Source of the DNA: Octopus sinensis
Taxonomy: Eukaryota
Assembly: GCF_006345805.1 (NCBI RefSeq)
Contig: NC_043023.1
Coordinates: 3,968,001-4,032,000, forward strand
Length of the DNA stretch: 64,000 nt
Reading direction: 5' to 3'
In this document: piece after piece, positions 1 through 12,250 of the stretch
Layout: each line of letters opens with the position of its first letter
Numbering within the stretch: position 1 is the first letter of the stretch
Notes under the pieces: model-generated
Database searches by the model: none
The model's input: the letters and a program-made list of their open reading frames with translations, nothing else
Told to the model about the DNA's origin: nothing
Position numbers and translations under genes: made by a program

Positions 1-256
1 TGGAGGGGAGAAAATCAGGTGTAGTCTTGGCGAATCTCAGGAAGCATGGAAGTTTTGAAGGATGCAGTGCTCCGACAACTAACAACTGATGCCGGCAGTT
101 TGTTCCATGCTTCAGCAACTCTCAACGTGAAAAATGTTTCCTGAAGTCATGGAGCTGTGCTGTTTTCTGACTTTGTAAACATGTCCATGGGTGTTAGATG
201 GGTGGAGTTTGAAAAGGTGTTCAGAGTTATTGTTTGTAAGATGGTTAATAATTTTA
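1..256 (-). mobile_element. CR1-clade LINE 3' fragment (copy 1, runs off window)
   Basis: Near-identical to about 400-656; minus-strand translation HLFKLHPSNTHGHVYKVRKQHSS matches the CR1-type ORF2 C-terminus. Confidence 0.75.
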
Positions 257-804
257 ATAATAATAATAATAAAATTATTGTATACAGTGCTCAGGTGCAC
301 CACAACTTGTCAAAAGTGTGTATAAAGCATATGCAGTAATATACAAATGTCTGGGAAGTGAACAGTGTATGAGTCAGATACATGCTTGCGTGTGTATGAT
401 GGGGAGAAAATCAGGTGTAGTGTTGGCGAATCTCAGGAAGCATGGAAGTTTTGAAGGATGCAGTGCTCCGACAACTAACAACTGATGCCGGCAGTCTGTT
501 CCATGCTTCTGCAACTCTTAGCGTGAAAAAATGTTTCCGAAAGTCATGGGAGCTGTGCTGTTTTCTGACTTTGTAAATATGTCCACTGGTGTTAGACAGG
601 TGGAGTTTGAAAAGGTGCTCAGAGTTATTGTTTGTAAGATGGTTAATAATTTTATGGGTGTCTGCCAAGTCAGCTGCCAGACGTCGGAGTTTCAATGTAT
701 CCATGCCCTGGGAAGTAAGGCGTTCAGAATATGGCAAATGCCTGATGGAGGGTATTCTCTTGTTCGCACGTTGCTCAACGGCTTCTAGACGATTAATATC
801 CTGG
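255..804 (-). mobile_element. CR1-clade LINE 3' fragment (copy 2) with 3' UTR and (ATT)n tail
   Basis: Minus strand QDINRLEAVEQRANKRIPSIRHLPYSERL...RKHFFTLRVAEAWNRLP (typical CR1 ORF2 end); (TAA)n at 255-273 is the tail. Confidence 0.8.
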
Positions 805-1160
805 GCAGTTCATTTTAAGACCTACTGCCAACCTCTGAGAGTGCAGCTCTGTCCGCATGGTCTGCAGCTGGTCTGTATGGTTTCAGTGACTAGTTTAATG
901 TCCTCTGCAAATTGGAGGTGTGCTAGTTGCTTGCCATTGATGTTCACTCATGCCACCTGTCCCTTTGATGTCCTTGATGACCATTTCTTGGGGAGATAGT
1001 ATCTCCTTGCTTAACACCCTTCCCAACTGAGAGACTTACTGGTGATCATAGCAGAGGCATATCTGTTGTACAACCAGAGTTTTCATTTTTGAGCAGTTTG
1101 TATTGTGCCTTGATACCTTACAACTCTGTCAAAGGCCTTTTTATAATCATCAAATGCCCA
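805..1160 (-). mobile_element. RTE-clade LINE reverse transcriptase relic, segment 3 of 3
   Basis: Minus strand motifs AFDDYKKAFDRV, KGVKQGDTISP, NGKQLAHLQFAEDIKLV (decayed FADD); frameshifted. Confidence 0.8.
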
Positions 1161-1161
1161 T

Positions 1162-1377
1162 TACCGAAATTTAGAAATAGCAGCTAAATACTATTCCACT
1201 ACCATAAGATATCTCCCAGACAGCAATACTCCCAACTCATGCAGGTAAGGAGAAAAAAAAATAACAAATCCGCCTGACTTTGATTTTTCTTTACCTGCGT
1301 GAGTTGTAGAGCATTGCTGTCTGGGAGACATCTTATGGTAGTGAAATAGTTTTAACTGCTATTTCTAAATTTCGGTA
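1162..1377. repeat. Foldback element (about 95-bp imperfect arms, about 30-nt loop)
   Basis: TACCGAAATTTAGAAATAGCAG...GCAGGTAAGGAGAAAAA is reverse-complemented at about 1285-1377. Confidence 0.85.
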
Positions 1378-1412
1378 TGTGGTGAAGCAAATTTTGCTGA
1401 ACCTTAATTATC

Positions 1413-1978
1413 TTGGGTTGTCCGGAAAATCCATGCCAATTTATAGTAGCTTACCTATAGACTTATTTTAGAACATGGTTGAGTCCATAAAATAGGATTT
1501 GACTACACCTCCATTTAGAGCACAGTTTAGGCTATCTTTTCGTGGAAGAAGGTTTATGTTCCTATAACCTGCGTTAATTCTGTAACCCTTTAAAACGGAA
1601 GATAAGAAAGTTCCTTTTTGGCACTTGATGCTTTGGGAACCAGACAAAAATTGCTGCATCTCGGCTGGGATGTGTTACCCCACCCTCCATATTCACCAGA
1701 TATTGCTCCTTCGGATTTCCACTTATTCAGATCTCTGCAGAATAGTCTTAATGGTAAAAATTTCAATTCCTTGGATGACGTAAAAAGATACCTTGATGAA
1801 TTCTTTGCCATGAAACCCCCTCAATTCTGGGAAGAGGGTATTTTTAAGTTAAAGGAAAGGTGGAGACGCATTGTGCAACAAAATGGTTCATATTTGGTTG
1901 ATTAAAAATGTAATAGCAAATATTTATTGGCCTTTTCCTTTCCTTTAAAAATCGGCAAGAACTTTCCGGACAACCCAA
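1413..1978 (+). mobile_element. Internally deleted mariner transposon (566 bp)
   Basis: TIRs TTGGGTTGTCCGGAAA / TTTCCGGACAACCCAA; N-terminus (T)EDKKVPFWHLMLWE at 1595-1639 fused to C-terminus HPPYSPDIAPSDFHLFRSLQN...WRRIVQQNGSYLVD ending 1905. Confidence 0.92.
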
Positions 1979-2140
1979 TTGTATTCCTGTGCTCATTCCA
2001 TATATTAGAGTGAATATGTGATCTACCTCACTGTAGCTCTTACAGAAACCTCCTTGCTCTCTTTGCTGTTGGTCATTGAAGATTTTTGATAGTCTGGTGA
2101 CTGTGACCTCTGTAAACAGCTTATAGGGGTGGGTAAGGGA
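1979..2140 (-). mobile_element. RTE-clade LINE RT relic, segment 2 of 3
   Basis: ORF 1844-2176(-) contains SLTHPYKLFTEV...REQGGFCKSYSEVDHIFTL (RT EQAGFR...DHIF motif). Confidence 0.8.
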
Positions 2141-2146
2141 TGTATG

Positions 2147-3075
2147 GGGTTTACTCTTTTTACTTGTTTCAGTCATTGACTGCAGCCATGCTGGAGCACC
2201 ATCTTTTTAGTCAAGCAAATCGACCCCAGGACTTATTCTTTGTAAGCCTAGTACTTATTCTATCGGTCTCTCTTGCTGAACCGCTAAGTTACGTTGATGG
2301 AAACACACCAGCATCGGTTGTCAAGCGATGTTGGGAGGGGGGACAAACACAAACACACAGACACACATATATATATATCTCTCTATATATAAACGACAGT
2401 TTGTCTGTCTGTGTGTCTGTCAGGTTGTACCCTCACCCTGACCATGGCTTTCAACCGATTCTGATGAAACTTGACACACACATAGCCCAATGATCATAAT
2501 TCAAAACTAACGCAGCGAAAATTTTGAAAAGTTCCCCCAGTTCTGAAAAAAATTGATAAATTCGACATGGGGTCGAGAATCTAAGCTTTTTATTTGCGAC
2601 ACATTTTCTGTTGTAGTTTTCGCAACTTGCAATCGATTTTCACCAAACTCATGGTGAAGCTTAATGTTACCCTAAGAAACTTAATTCTGACATTAGTTTT
2701 CCATGCAATACCTTACCATCAGAAAAAATTGATAAAATCATGCCATTTTGGGAAATCGCATTCAAATTCAAGATGACATATTTTCGACAATATCTTTCTC
2801 AAATTGGCAGGAATTTTTAAAAATTCACAGCGAGCATCATGTCTGCTCCAGGGGCTCTTACATACCCGGGCAATGCCGGGCTATGCTGCTAGTATATATA
2901 TATACATATATATGATGGGCTTCTTTCAGTTTCCGTCTACCAAATCCACTCACAAGGCTTCGGTCGGCCCGAGGCTATAGTAGAAGACACTTGCCCAAGG
3001 TGCCATGCAGTGGGACTGAACCCGGAACCATGTGGTTGGTAAGCGAGCTACTTACCACACAGCCACTCCTGCACC
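2147..3075 (-). mobile_element. tRNA-derived CORE-type SINE (family A), split by a Helitron in its internal microsatellite
   Basis: Head GGTGCAGGAGTGGCTGTGTGG with B-box GGGTTCAGTCCC, CORE-like CCTTGGGCAAGTGTCTT, family tail GCTCCAGCATGGC...GACTGAAACAAGTAAAA. Confidence 0.85.
2378..2892 (+). mobile_element. Non-autonomous Helitron
   Basis: 5' TC inserted at A|T; 3' hairpin CCCGG-GCAATG-CCGGG (2865-2880) followed by CTAG(T). Confidence 0.8.
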
Positions 3076-3365
3076 TAGTGATAGTCTTTTTAAATCTTCT
3101 TTATCACCCTCCTTATGAAGCAGGATGGTATTTGACTCTTTTCACTGTGAGGGTATTTTACTCTCCTTCAGACTGTGATTGAAGCATAGAACAAGGGTTT
3201 TCCACAGCTCTCCACCTCCATGTCTTAACATCTCTGTCTTGATGCCATCTTTCCTAGGAGCTTTGTCTGTTTTCATCACTTTTAAGGCATTTTCAATTTC
3301 ACTGATCAGAAGAGGTGGCACTTCTTCTAGTGTGACGATGTGGGTTCAAGCTTCACTGATGATTT
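3076..3365 (-). mobile_element. RTE-clade LINE RT relic, segment 1 of 3
   Basis: Minus strand EIENALKVMKTDKAPRKDGIKTEML...KIPSQ*KESNTILLHKEGDKEDLK (RT N-terminal domains). Confidence 0.8.
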
Positions 3366-3380
3366 AAAAAGGTTGATAAA

Positions 3381-3680
3381 ACATTTGAGCGAGGTCGTTG
3401 CCAGTGTCGCTGGACTGGCTCCTGTGCAGGTGGCATGTAAAAGGCACCATTTGAGTGTGGCCGTTGCCAGTACTGCCTGACTGGCCCTTGTGCTGGTGGT
3501 ACGTAAAGCACCCACTACACTCTCAGAGTGGTTGGTGTTAGGAAGGGCATCCAGCTGTAGAAACTCTGCCAGATCAGATTGGAGTCTGGTGCAGCCATCT
3601 GGTTCACCAGACCTCAGTCAAATCGTGCAACCCATTCTAGCATGGAAAGTGGACGTTAAACGATAATGATGATGATAATG
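3381..3680 (+). mobile_element. RTE-family 3' UTR/tail copy ending in (GAT)n
   Basis: Same sequence as the 3' end of the RT-bearing element at 10777-12250; many more such copies occur in the window. Confidence 0.8.
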
Positions 3681-4531
3681 TACGTCTTGCATACCTCCTC
3701 CTTTATCTGTCACCCGAAGCATACTCTAGTTCTTAAACGCTGTTACCTCTGACCTATAGAGTATATACATGTATATATAAGATGGACTTCTTTCAGTTTC
3801 CATCTACCAAATCCACTCACAAGGCTTTGGTCAGCTTGAAGTTATAGGAGAAGACATTCACCCAAGGTGCCATGTAGTAGGACTGAACCCAGAACCATGT
3901 GGTTGGGGAAGCAAACTTAATGTCACACAACCACATTCCGATTGCTTGATTTTTAGCCATGCCATGATGGACATAAACCATTTCCAGATTCTTATTTGGT
4001 CTCTTCCTCTTAATGGTTTATCTGAAACTTCTTTGAGTAGCTCAAAATACTGCTTGCAGTAAAAAGCTCTGGTGATGGTGCCACTTAATGAGCACCCAGG
4101 CTACTCTGTAAAGTGGCTGGCATTAGTAAGGGCATCCACCTGTGGAAACCAAACCTAAACAGGTTATGGAACCTAATGCAGCTCCTGGCTTTGCCACAGA
4201 CATGTGCACCATTAAAGTACTTCTCAGTAAGACACAGAATGTGACAAGGCTGGCCCCTTTGAATTAAAGGTAAAACTCATTTTTGCCAGCTGACTGAACT
4301 GGAGCAATGTGGAGTAAAGTGTCTTGCTCAAGGACAGAGTGCACCACCAGGAATTGAACTCGCAACTCTGGATTGTAAGGTTGTAAGTTCATTTCCTCGT
4401 TGCGCATTGTGTTCTTGAGCAAGACACTTTATTTCTCATCACTCCAGTCCACACAGTTGGTAAAAATTAATTGTACCTGGAATTCAAAGGGCTGGCTTTG
4501 TCACATTCTGTATCACACTGCATCTCCCTTA

Positions 4532-4976
4532 TTTCTTTATTGCCCACAAGGGGCTAAAAGTAAAGGGAACAAACAAGGACAGACAAAGGGATTAAGTCGA
4601 TTACATTGACCCCAGAGTGTAACTGGTACTTAATTTATCGACCCTGAAAGGATGAAAAGCAAAGTCGACCTCGGCGGAATTTGAACTCAGAACGTAGCGA
4701 CAGACGAAATACCTTTTTCTTTATTGCCCACAAGGGGCTAAAAGTAAAGGGGACAAACAAGGGCAGACAAAGGGATTAAGTCGATTACATTGACCCCCAG
4801 AGTGTAACTGGTACTTAATTTATCGACCCTGAAAGGATGAAAAGCAAAGTCGACCTCGGCGGAATTTGAACTCAGAACGTAGCGACAGACGAAATACCTT
4901 CTTCTTTATTGTCCACAAGGGGCTAAAAGTAAAGGGGACAAACAAGGGCAGACAAAGGGATTAAGTCGATTACATT
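4532..4976 (-). repeat. About 2.4 tandem copies (184-185 bp) of a family-D SINE body
   Basis: CTTTATTG(C/T)CCACAAGGGGCTAAAAG recurs at about 4535, 4719, 4904; matches the SINE at 61239-61468. Confidence 0.85.
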
Positions 4977-5339
4977 AGATCGAAATTGAATCCCTAGACC
5001 TGCGTGGACTAATATCAGGGTATATAAACCCCTGATAGGGGAAAAAAAATTGCTTTTTTTTTTTCTGTTGATTTGGGGGTGGAGTTAAATGCCCTAATGT
5101 TAGACTATTTACTACAGCCAATATATGGTGAATGCTTATAATTATATTTGGTTTCGAAGATTCTTTATATGAGTTTGTGTGTTGAAGCATATTCTGTTGT
5201 GTCTGGGGAGAGTCATTTTCTTTTTGTGCCTTATAATTTAACACACTCACCGGTAAAATTTCCACTTATTTCTTATTTTCCTAAAATTTCCATTGCGTCT
5301 TGCAACTTGCAAGACGCAATGAAAATCTTATAATTATAA

Positions 5340-5487
5340 TATATCTATCTATCTATATATCTATCTATATATCTGTATATATGTATCTATCTAGATATCT
5401 GTATATATCTATCTATCTGTATATATCTATATATCTGTATATATATTATCTGTATATATCTATATATTCTGTATATATAATCTATCT

Positions 5488-5520
<33 letters not shown>

Positions 5521-6025
5521 ATATCTATCTATCTATCTATCTATCTATATATATCTATCTATCTATATATATATCTTATATATATATATATTATATATAT
5601 ATATATATGCTATTAATATATATTATATTATATATTATATATATATATCTATAATATATATCTATATATATATATATATATCTATATCTATATACTATAT
5701 ATCTATATATATTATATTCTATATATATATCTATCTAATAATATATATATATACTATATATATATATCTATATATATATATAATATATATCTATCTATAT
5801 AATCTATCTATATATATATATCTATCTATATATATATATCTAATCTATCTATATTATATCTTCTATATCTATCTATCTATATATATCTATCTATATATAT
5901 CTATCTAATATATCTATCTATATCTATCTATCTATATATATATCTATCTATATATATCTATATATTATATCTATCTATATATATCTATCTATATATATCT
6001 ATCTATATATATTATATATATATAG
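5340..6025. repeat. (TA)n/(TATC)n compound microsatellite
   Basis: Direct inspection. Confidence 0.95.
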
Positions 6026-6229
6026 AAATAAGCATTCTTACTGCTATTTCTATTTTTTCGGTATGCGGTCAAGCAACCTGTTTTGCCTGTCCTTTTTCTT
6101 ATATACAATATATATACTGAACTTTACAGAAGTTCCTGCCGGTAATCGGCTATATTTACATACCGAATTCTACCAGTAAATAATTGGGGTTTTTAAAAGC
6201 CTTTATAGAAATTATTTACTCTTATTATT

Positions 6230-6711
6230 ATATATATGTATATATTATCTATCTATATATATGTATATATATATCTATCTATAATAATGTATATATATAT
6301 CTATCTATATATATGTATATATATATCTATCTATATATATATGTATATATATATCTATCTATATATATGTATATATATATCTATCTATATATATGTATAT
6401 ATATATCTATCTATATATATGTATATATATATCTATCTATATATATGTATATATATATCTATCTATATATATGCATATATATATCTACCTATATATATGC
6501 ATATATCTATCTACATATATATATGCATATATCTATCTACATATATATATGCATATATCTATCTACCTATATATATGCATATATCTATCTACCTATATAT
6601 CTGTATATATCTATCTACCTATATATCTGTATATATCTATCTATCTTTATATCTGTATCTATCTATCTATCTATCTATCTATATATCTATCTACTTTATC
6701 TGTATCGTCTA

Positions 6712-6754
<43 letters not shown>

Positions 6755-6762
6755 ATATCTGC

Positions 6763-6812
<50 letters not shown>

Positions 6813-6845
6813 ATGTATGTACCTTTGTATCTGTGTATGTGTATA
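6230..6845. repeat. (TA)n/(TATC)n compound micro/minisatellite
   Basis: Recurring ATATCTATCTATATATATGTATATAT units, then (TCTA)n. Confidence 0.95.
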
Positions 6846-6847
6846 TA

Positions 6848-7170
6848 CAGTAATCCCTCGACTATTTCGTGTGTTACACCTCCAAACCCCCCATGATAGG
6901 TGAAAATCCATTAAGCTGATACAGTACTGTACTGTGTATTTTTTTTTATTACTCTTATAATTTGTATATATTCATTATTATTATAAATACAAAACACCAC
7001 CAACACTCACCTCCTGAGTTTCACTTTCCATACAGTATAAGCGATTCCTTGTTTACTCATTTGCAGTACACTACGCATTTTCTATTAATATATTTTAATT
7101 AACTTGTTATTTAGAGCAGTCCTGTACTGTAATTTTATTTATTAATTTTTAGGTGTGAAAAAGCTTATTC
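6848..7170. mobile_element. Tigger/pogo-like element end (one TIR only)
   Basis: TA|CAGTAATCCCTCG is a Tigger-type terminus; no partner TIR seen. Confidence 0.45.
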
Positions 7171-7255
7171 TAGCACAGTACTCCACAGACATGCGAGTTC
7201 AAATTCTTGGTGGTGTATTCTGTCCTTGAGCAAGACACTTTATTTCACACTGCCC

Positions 7256-7417
7256 CAGGAATGGCTGTGTGGTAAGTAGCTTGCTAACCAACCACATGGT
7301 TCCGGGTTCAGTCCCACTGCGTGGCATCTTGGGCAAGTGTCTTCTACTATAGCCCCGGGCCGACCAATGCCTTGTGAGTGGATTTGGTAGACGGAAACTG
7401 AAAGAAGCCTGTCGTAG

Positions 7418-7457
<40 letters not shown>

Positions 7458-7673
7458 ATATGTTTGTGTGTTGTGTTTGTCGTCCCCCCCATCATCACTT
7501 GACAACTGATGCTGGTGTGTTTACTCCCCCGTCACTTAGCGGTTCGGCAAAAGAGACCGATAGAATAAGTACTGGGCTTACAAACAATAAGTCCCGGGGT
7601 CGATTTGCTCGACTAAAGGGTGCTGCTCCAGCATGGCCACAGTCAAATGACTGAAACAAGTAAAAGAGAGAGA
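7256..7673 (+). mobile_element. Full-length family-A tRNA/CORE SINE nested in a family-B SINE
   Basis: Head, CORE, internal (TA)n(TG)n linker and tail all present; the host SINE resumes at about 7674. Confidence 0.85.
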
Positions 7674-8411
7674 GTCTACTCAGCTGTCAAAAATGAGTTG
7701 TATTTCAAAGGACCGGCCTTATCACATTCTGTGTTATGCTGAATCTCCCTGGAAACTATGTTAAGGACACACATGTCTGTGGAATACTCAGCTTATTTTA
7801 GAATTGAAATCTAAAAAAATATAATTACCTATTATCCAAAATATGAATTTACATATTGCGGTTCACCTGTTGCACCCTCAGTACATCACGGATTTTTCTG
7901 GCAAGTGATTATTGTACATATATGCATGTATATATAAAATATATGTATGATGTGTATACATCTATATAACTTTATACACATAAGTGCATAAACATGTGTG
8001 TATGTATATTATATATATATATATAAAAATTTAATGTGGTTTTAGAGTCAAGTTTTGGCTGCTATTTCCAGCGTGGTAGTATCTCTTAGATACCCTAAAT
8101 TATAATTTTAAATAATTATTCCCTTTGAAGGTCTTTATTCCCATGCTGGCCACCTGATAAAATCGGTATTTAAATATCAATCTTATCCTTATGTATGTAT
8201 ATATATATAAGTTCAGCAAAAATTTAGATTCAAATGAATATGGTACTTAATTTAAATGCACCAGAGTTTTGTATGGTGTTATCCATAAAAATCCATGGGG
8301 TGATTATAATCAAAATAATCAACAAGAATGTCATTCTTGTTGCTTATTTTGATTATAGATATTAATATATATATTAGAAGGTTTGGAGATGATGTACAGG
8401 TATTATATATT

Positions 8412-8474
8412 AGAAGAAATAAGGTACTCAGAAATCTGGAAACCATCCAGATTTCTGAGTACCTTATTTCTTCT
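8412..8474. repeat. Perfect 29-bp stem hairpin, 5-nt loop
   Basis: AGAAGAAATAAGGTACTCAGAAATCTGGA-AACCA-reverse complement; same arm as 59699-59882. Confidence 0.9.
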
Positions 8475-8495
8475 CATATTATATATACATACACA

Positions 8496-8704
8496 CAGGG
8501 TGGCCCAACAGTTTACAATTATCATGTAGGCACTTTAAATTTTTTTTCAAACATTTTGTTATACTTCAATTTCTATCTTACAATTAACTAAATTAGCATA
8601 GAATAATGGTTTCATATTTTTTTACAATTAAGATTTAAACTGTTAATATATGAATGCGAAAGAGATAAGTTGAATTACTGCCAACCTACTTTTGGTCCAC
8701 CTTG
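8496..8704. mobile_element. Tc1/mariner-type MITE
   Basis: Imperfect TIRs CAGGGTGGCCCAACAG / CTTTTGGTCCACCTTG followed by TA. Confidence 0.55.
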
Positions 8705-8735
8705 TATGTAGATATATGTATGTATATTTATATAT

Positions 8736-8786
<51 letters not shown>

Positions 8787-9395
8787 GTCTATATATATTC
8801 TGTTGTGTCTGGTGGGGAGTCATTTTCTTTTAATGCCTTATAATTTAACTCACCGGTAAAATTTCAAATTATTTCTTTTTTTTTATTTTTCTAAAATTTT
8901 CCTTGTCTTGGTTTTTTCAATAGCTTCAATAGTTTCTCACTGTCCTGTTCTTGTTACCACTTTCACCCTCCGCAAAAAATCCTCAAATTTTATTTAATTT
9001 GCTTTGCGGGAAGGACTGTTTCAACGAAGTCGCGTCTTGTCCTTGCCTTCGAAACGTGGAGTAGATGAAACAGGGACAACAGAAGAAGAGGAATATTCTT
9101 TATGTTGTATGTCTCGTTTCACTGTTTATTTTCACTGTTCGAAAAAAAGTTTGTTTCTATGTTTTCGTTCCGCATTGTGTTCAACGTTTTTTTGATGTCC
9201 TCTACCCATATATGCATTTATATATACATATATATGTACGTATGTACATATATGTATGTATATATGCATATATTTATATGTTACTTATATTATTATATAT
9301 ATATACATACATATATATGTGAGCGCATGTGTATCATTGGCGATTTTTTTTTTTTTCCCTCCGTCTTCCCTTCCTTGGATCTTTCCTTTTCCTAT

Positions 9396-9430
9396 GTTTC
9401 CGAGGAAGAGCTCCACTCGAAACGTTAAAT
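9396..9430 (+). ncRNA. Penelope-type minimal hammerhead motif, mutated core (CCGAGGA)
   Basis: GTTT-CCGAGGA-A-GAGC-TCC-ACTC-GAAAC-GTT-AAAT; inside a ~200-bp module shared with the 12508 and 27281 copies. Confidence 0.5.
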
Positions 9431-9519
9431 CCTCCTTCTTTCTTTACAATCCTTAGCGTCCAATAACACGTCCTCGCATTGTTGTGTTTTCTCTTTGTTT
9501 TCATGCTTGGATTAATTTT

Positions 9520-9548
9520 ATATATATATACACATACATGCATGCATG

Positions 9549-9587
<39 letters not shown>

Positions 9588-9852
9588 TTATGTGTGTATA
9601 TATTTATGTGTGTATATATTTATGTGTGTATATATTTATGTGTATATATATATATATGTATATATTTATGTGTGTATATATTTATGTGTATATATATATA
9701 TATGTATATACGTATGTGTATATATATATATCTATATGTATATACGTATGTGTATATATGTATATACGTATGTGTATATATGTATATACGTATGTGTATA
9801 TATGTATATACGTATGTGTATATATATATATGTATATACGTATGTGTATATG
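9520..9852. repeat. (TA)/(TG)/(TATACGTATGTG) compound microsatellite (similar array at 10185-10775)
   Basis: Direct inspection. Confidence 0.95.
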
Positions 9853-9855
9853 TGA

Positions 9856-10168
9856 GGGCGCGTGGCTTAGTGGTTAGGGCATTCGGCTCATGATCGTAAG
9901 GTTGTGAGTTCGATTCCCGGCGACGCGTTGTGTCCTTGAGCAAGACACTTTATTTCACGTTGCTCCAGTCCACTCAGCTGGCAAAAATGAGTTGTACTTG
10001 TATTTCAAAGGGTCAGCCTTGTCACTCTCTGTGTCACGCTGATTATCCCTGAGAACTACGTTAAGGGTACACGTGTCTGTGGAATGCTCAGCCATTTGCA
10101 CTTATTTCAAATTTCACAAGCAAGCTGTTCCGTTGATCGTATCAGCTGGGACCCTCGTCGTTGTAACC
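9856..10168 (+). mobile_element. Full-length family-B tRNA/CORE SINE
   Basis: A-box TGGCTTAGTGG, B-box GAGTTCGATTCC, CORE-like GTGTCCTTGAGCAAGACACTT, ends in TTTTT. Confidence 0.85.
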
Positions 10169-10776
10169 GGCGGAGTCTTTTTTAATGTGTATATATATAT
10201 GTATATACGTATGTGTATATATATATATGTATATACGTATGTGTATATATATATATATGTATATACGTATGTGTATATATATATATATGTATATACGTAT
10301 GTGTATATATATATATGTATATACGTATGTGTATATATATATATGTATATACGTATGTGTATATATATATATGTATATACGTATGTGTATATATATATAT
10401 GTATATACGATGTGTATATGTATATACGTATGTGTGTGAATATATATATATATGTATATACGTATGTGTGTAATATATATTATGTATATACGTATGTGTG
10501 ATATATTATTGTATAACGTATGTGTGTATATATATATATGTATATACGTATGTGTGTATATATATATGTATATACGTATGTGTGTATATATATATATGTA
10601 TATACGTATGTGTGTATATATATATATGTATATACGTATGTGTGTATATATATATATGTATATACGTATGTGTGTATATATATATGTATGTATATACGTA
10701 TGTTGTGTAATATATATATTATACGTTGTGTGTATATATATATGTATATACTTATGTGGTATATATATATATGTAT

Positions 10777-12250
10777 GTGGACACAGATTAGAATCGAAGG
10801 GCCTCAGAGTCAATCTAGCTAAAACAAAGTCGTAATCAGTAGGAACGTAGACAAATCACAAACACCTTCAGGTAGATGGCCCTGCTCGATCTGTAGAAAA
10901 GGTGTAGGTAGAAACTCTATAAGATGCACCAAGTGTAAGCTATGGACACATAGAGATGCAGCAATGTCAAGGAGCCTAACTAGGAAGATGTTTTTGGTAT
11001 GTGGCATATGCTCAGAACAATAAACACTGAAAATGCTCTGAGACCAACTTCCGTCACTTTCCAGGGAGAAAAACTAGAAATAGTTGATAGTTTCCGTTAC
11101 CTAGGTGACCAAGTCAGCAGCGGGGGTGGGTGTGCTGAAAGTGTAACTGCTAGAGTAAGAATAGCTTGGGCAAAGTTCAGAGAGCTCTTACCTCTGCTGG
11201 TGACAAAATGCCTCTCGCACAGAGTGAAAGGCAGACTGTATGATGCGTGTGTACGAACAGCCATGCTACATGGCATGAACTGGGCCGTGTGACTGCTGGG
11301 ATATGCGTAAGCTCGCTAGAATGAGCCAGTATGCTCCGATGGAATGTGTAATGCTGGTACTCACACTCGGCAGAGTGTAAGTACCTTGAGAGAAAAGCTG
11401 GACCTAAGAAGCATCAGTGTGGTGTGCAAGAGAGACGTTTGCGCTGTATGGTCATGTGGCGAGAATGGATGAGTTTTTGTTGAAAAAGTGCCACACCCTA
11501 GCGTTGAGGGAACCTGTGGAAAGGCAGACCCAGGAAACCTGGAGACTAGTGGTGAAGCACGACCTTCGAACTTTAGGTCTCACTGAGGAAATGACTAGAG
11601 ACCGAACCTCTGAAGTGTGCTGTCGCGCGAAGACCCTGCAGGACAAGTGAGTCCACAACCCGTGGCCTTCTACATGGGATGGAGCCAGCCTACGTATATA
11701 CCTTCCCTTCTTGGGACACAAAACTCTACTGTGAAGACGTGTTGAGGCAGTGAGGATCAGAATCGAAATCGATCAATGGAAATTGCGGATGTGCTACCAG
11801 TGCCGGTGCATTCGAAACTCTGCTTGTGAAACCCTTGAGGCAAGTGAGGATCAGAATCGAAATCGATCAATGGAATCGATCAATGGAAATTGCAGATGTG
11901 TTACCAGTGCCGGTGGCATGTAAGAGAACTTTCCTTTCGCGACCGTTGCCATCACCGCCCCCGTTTCGCGTCCGTTGCCAGCCTCGCCTGGCCCTCGTGC
12001 CGGTGACATAAAAAGCACCATCCGTTTCGTGGCCGATTGCCAGCTGTGTCTGGCACCAGTGCGGGTGGCACGTAAAAGCACCCACTACACTCACGAGTGG
12101 TTGGCGTTAGAAAGGGCATCCAGCCGTAGAAAAACTGCCAGATTTTGACTGGGCCTGATGAAGCCTTCTGGCTTCACACCCCAGTAGAACCGTCCACCCA
12201 TGCTAGCATGGAAACGGACGCTAAATGATGATGATGATGATGATGATGAT
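10777..12250 (+). mobile_element. 5'-truncated RTE LINE (RT C-terminal half, PHD-like insert, tandem 3' UTR, (GAT)n tail), frameshifted
   Basis: [61 protein letters not shown]. Confidence 0.9.

Noticed and set aside
8386-8406. GATGATGTACAG|GTATTA as the donor of the missing SCOC exon
   Set aside because: Wrong phase and no SCOC-like coding sequence; the same string occurs at 59688 as part of a repeat
9856-9930. tRNA genes at SINE heads (also 21809, 24590-24680, 33058, 47463)
   Set aside because: No closed cloverleaf or acceptor stem; the sequence continues into CORE or SINE body
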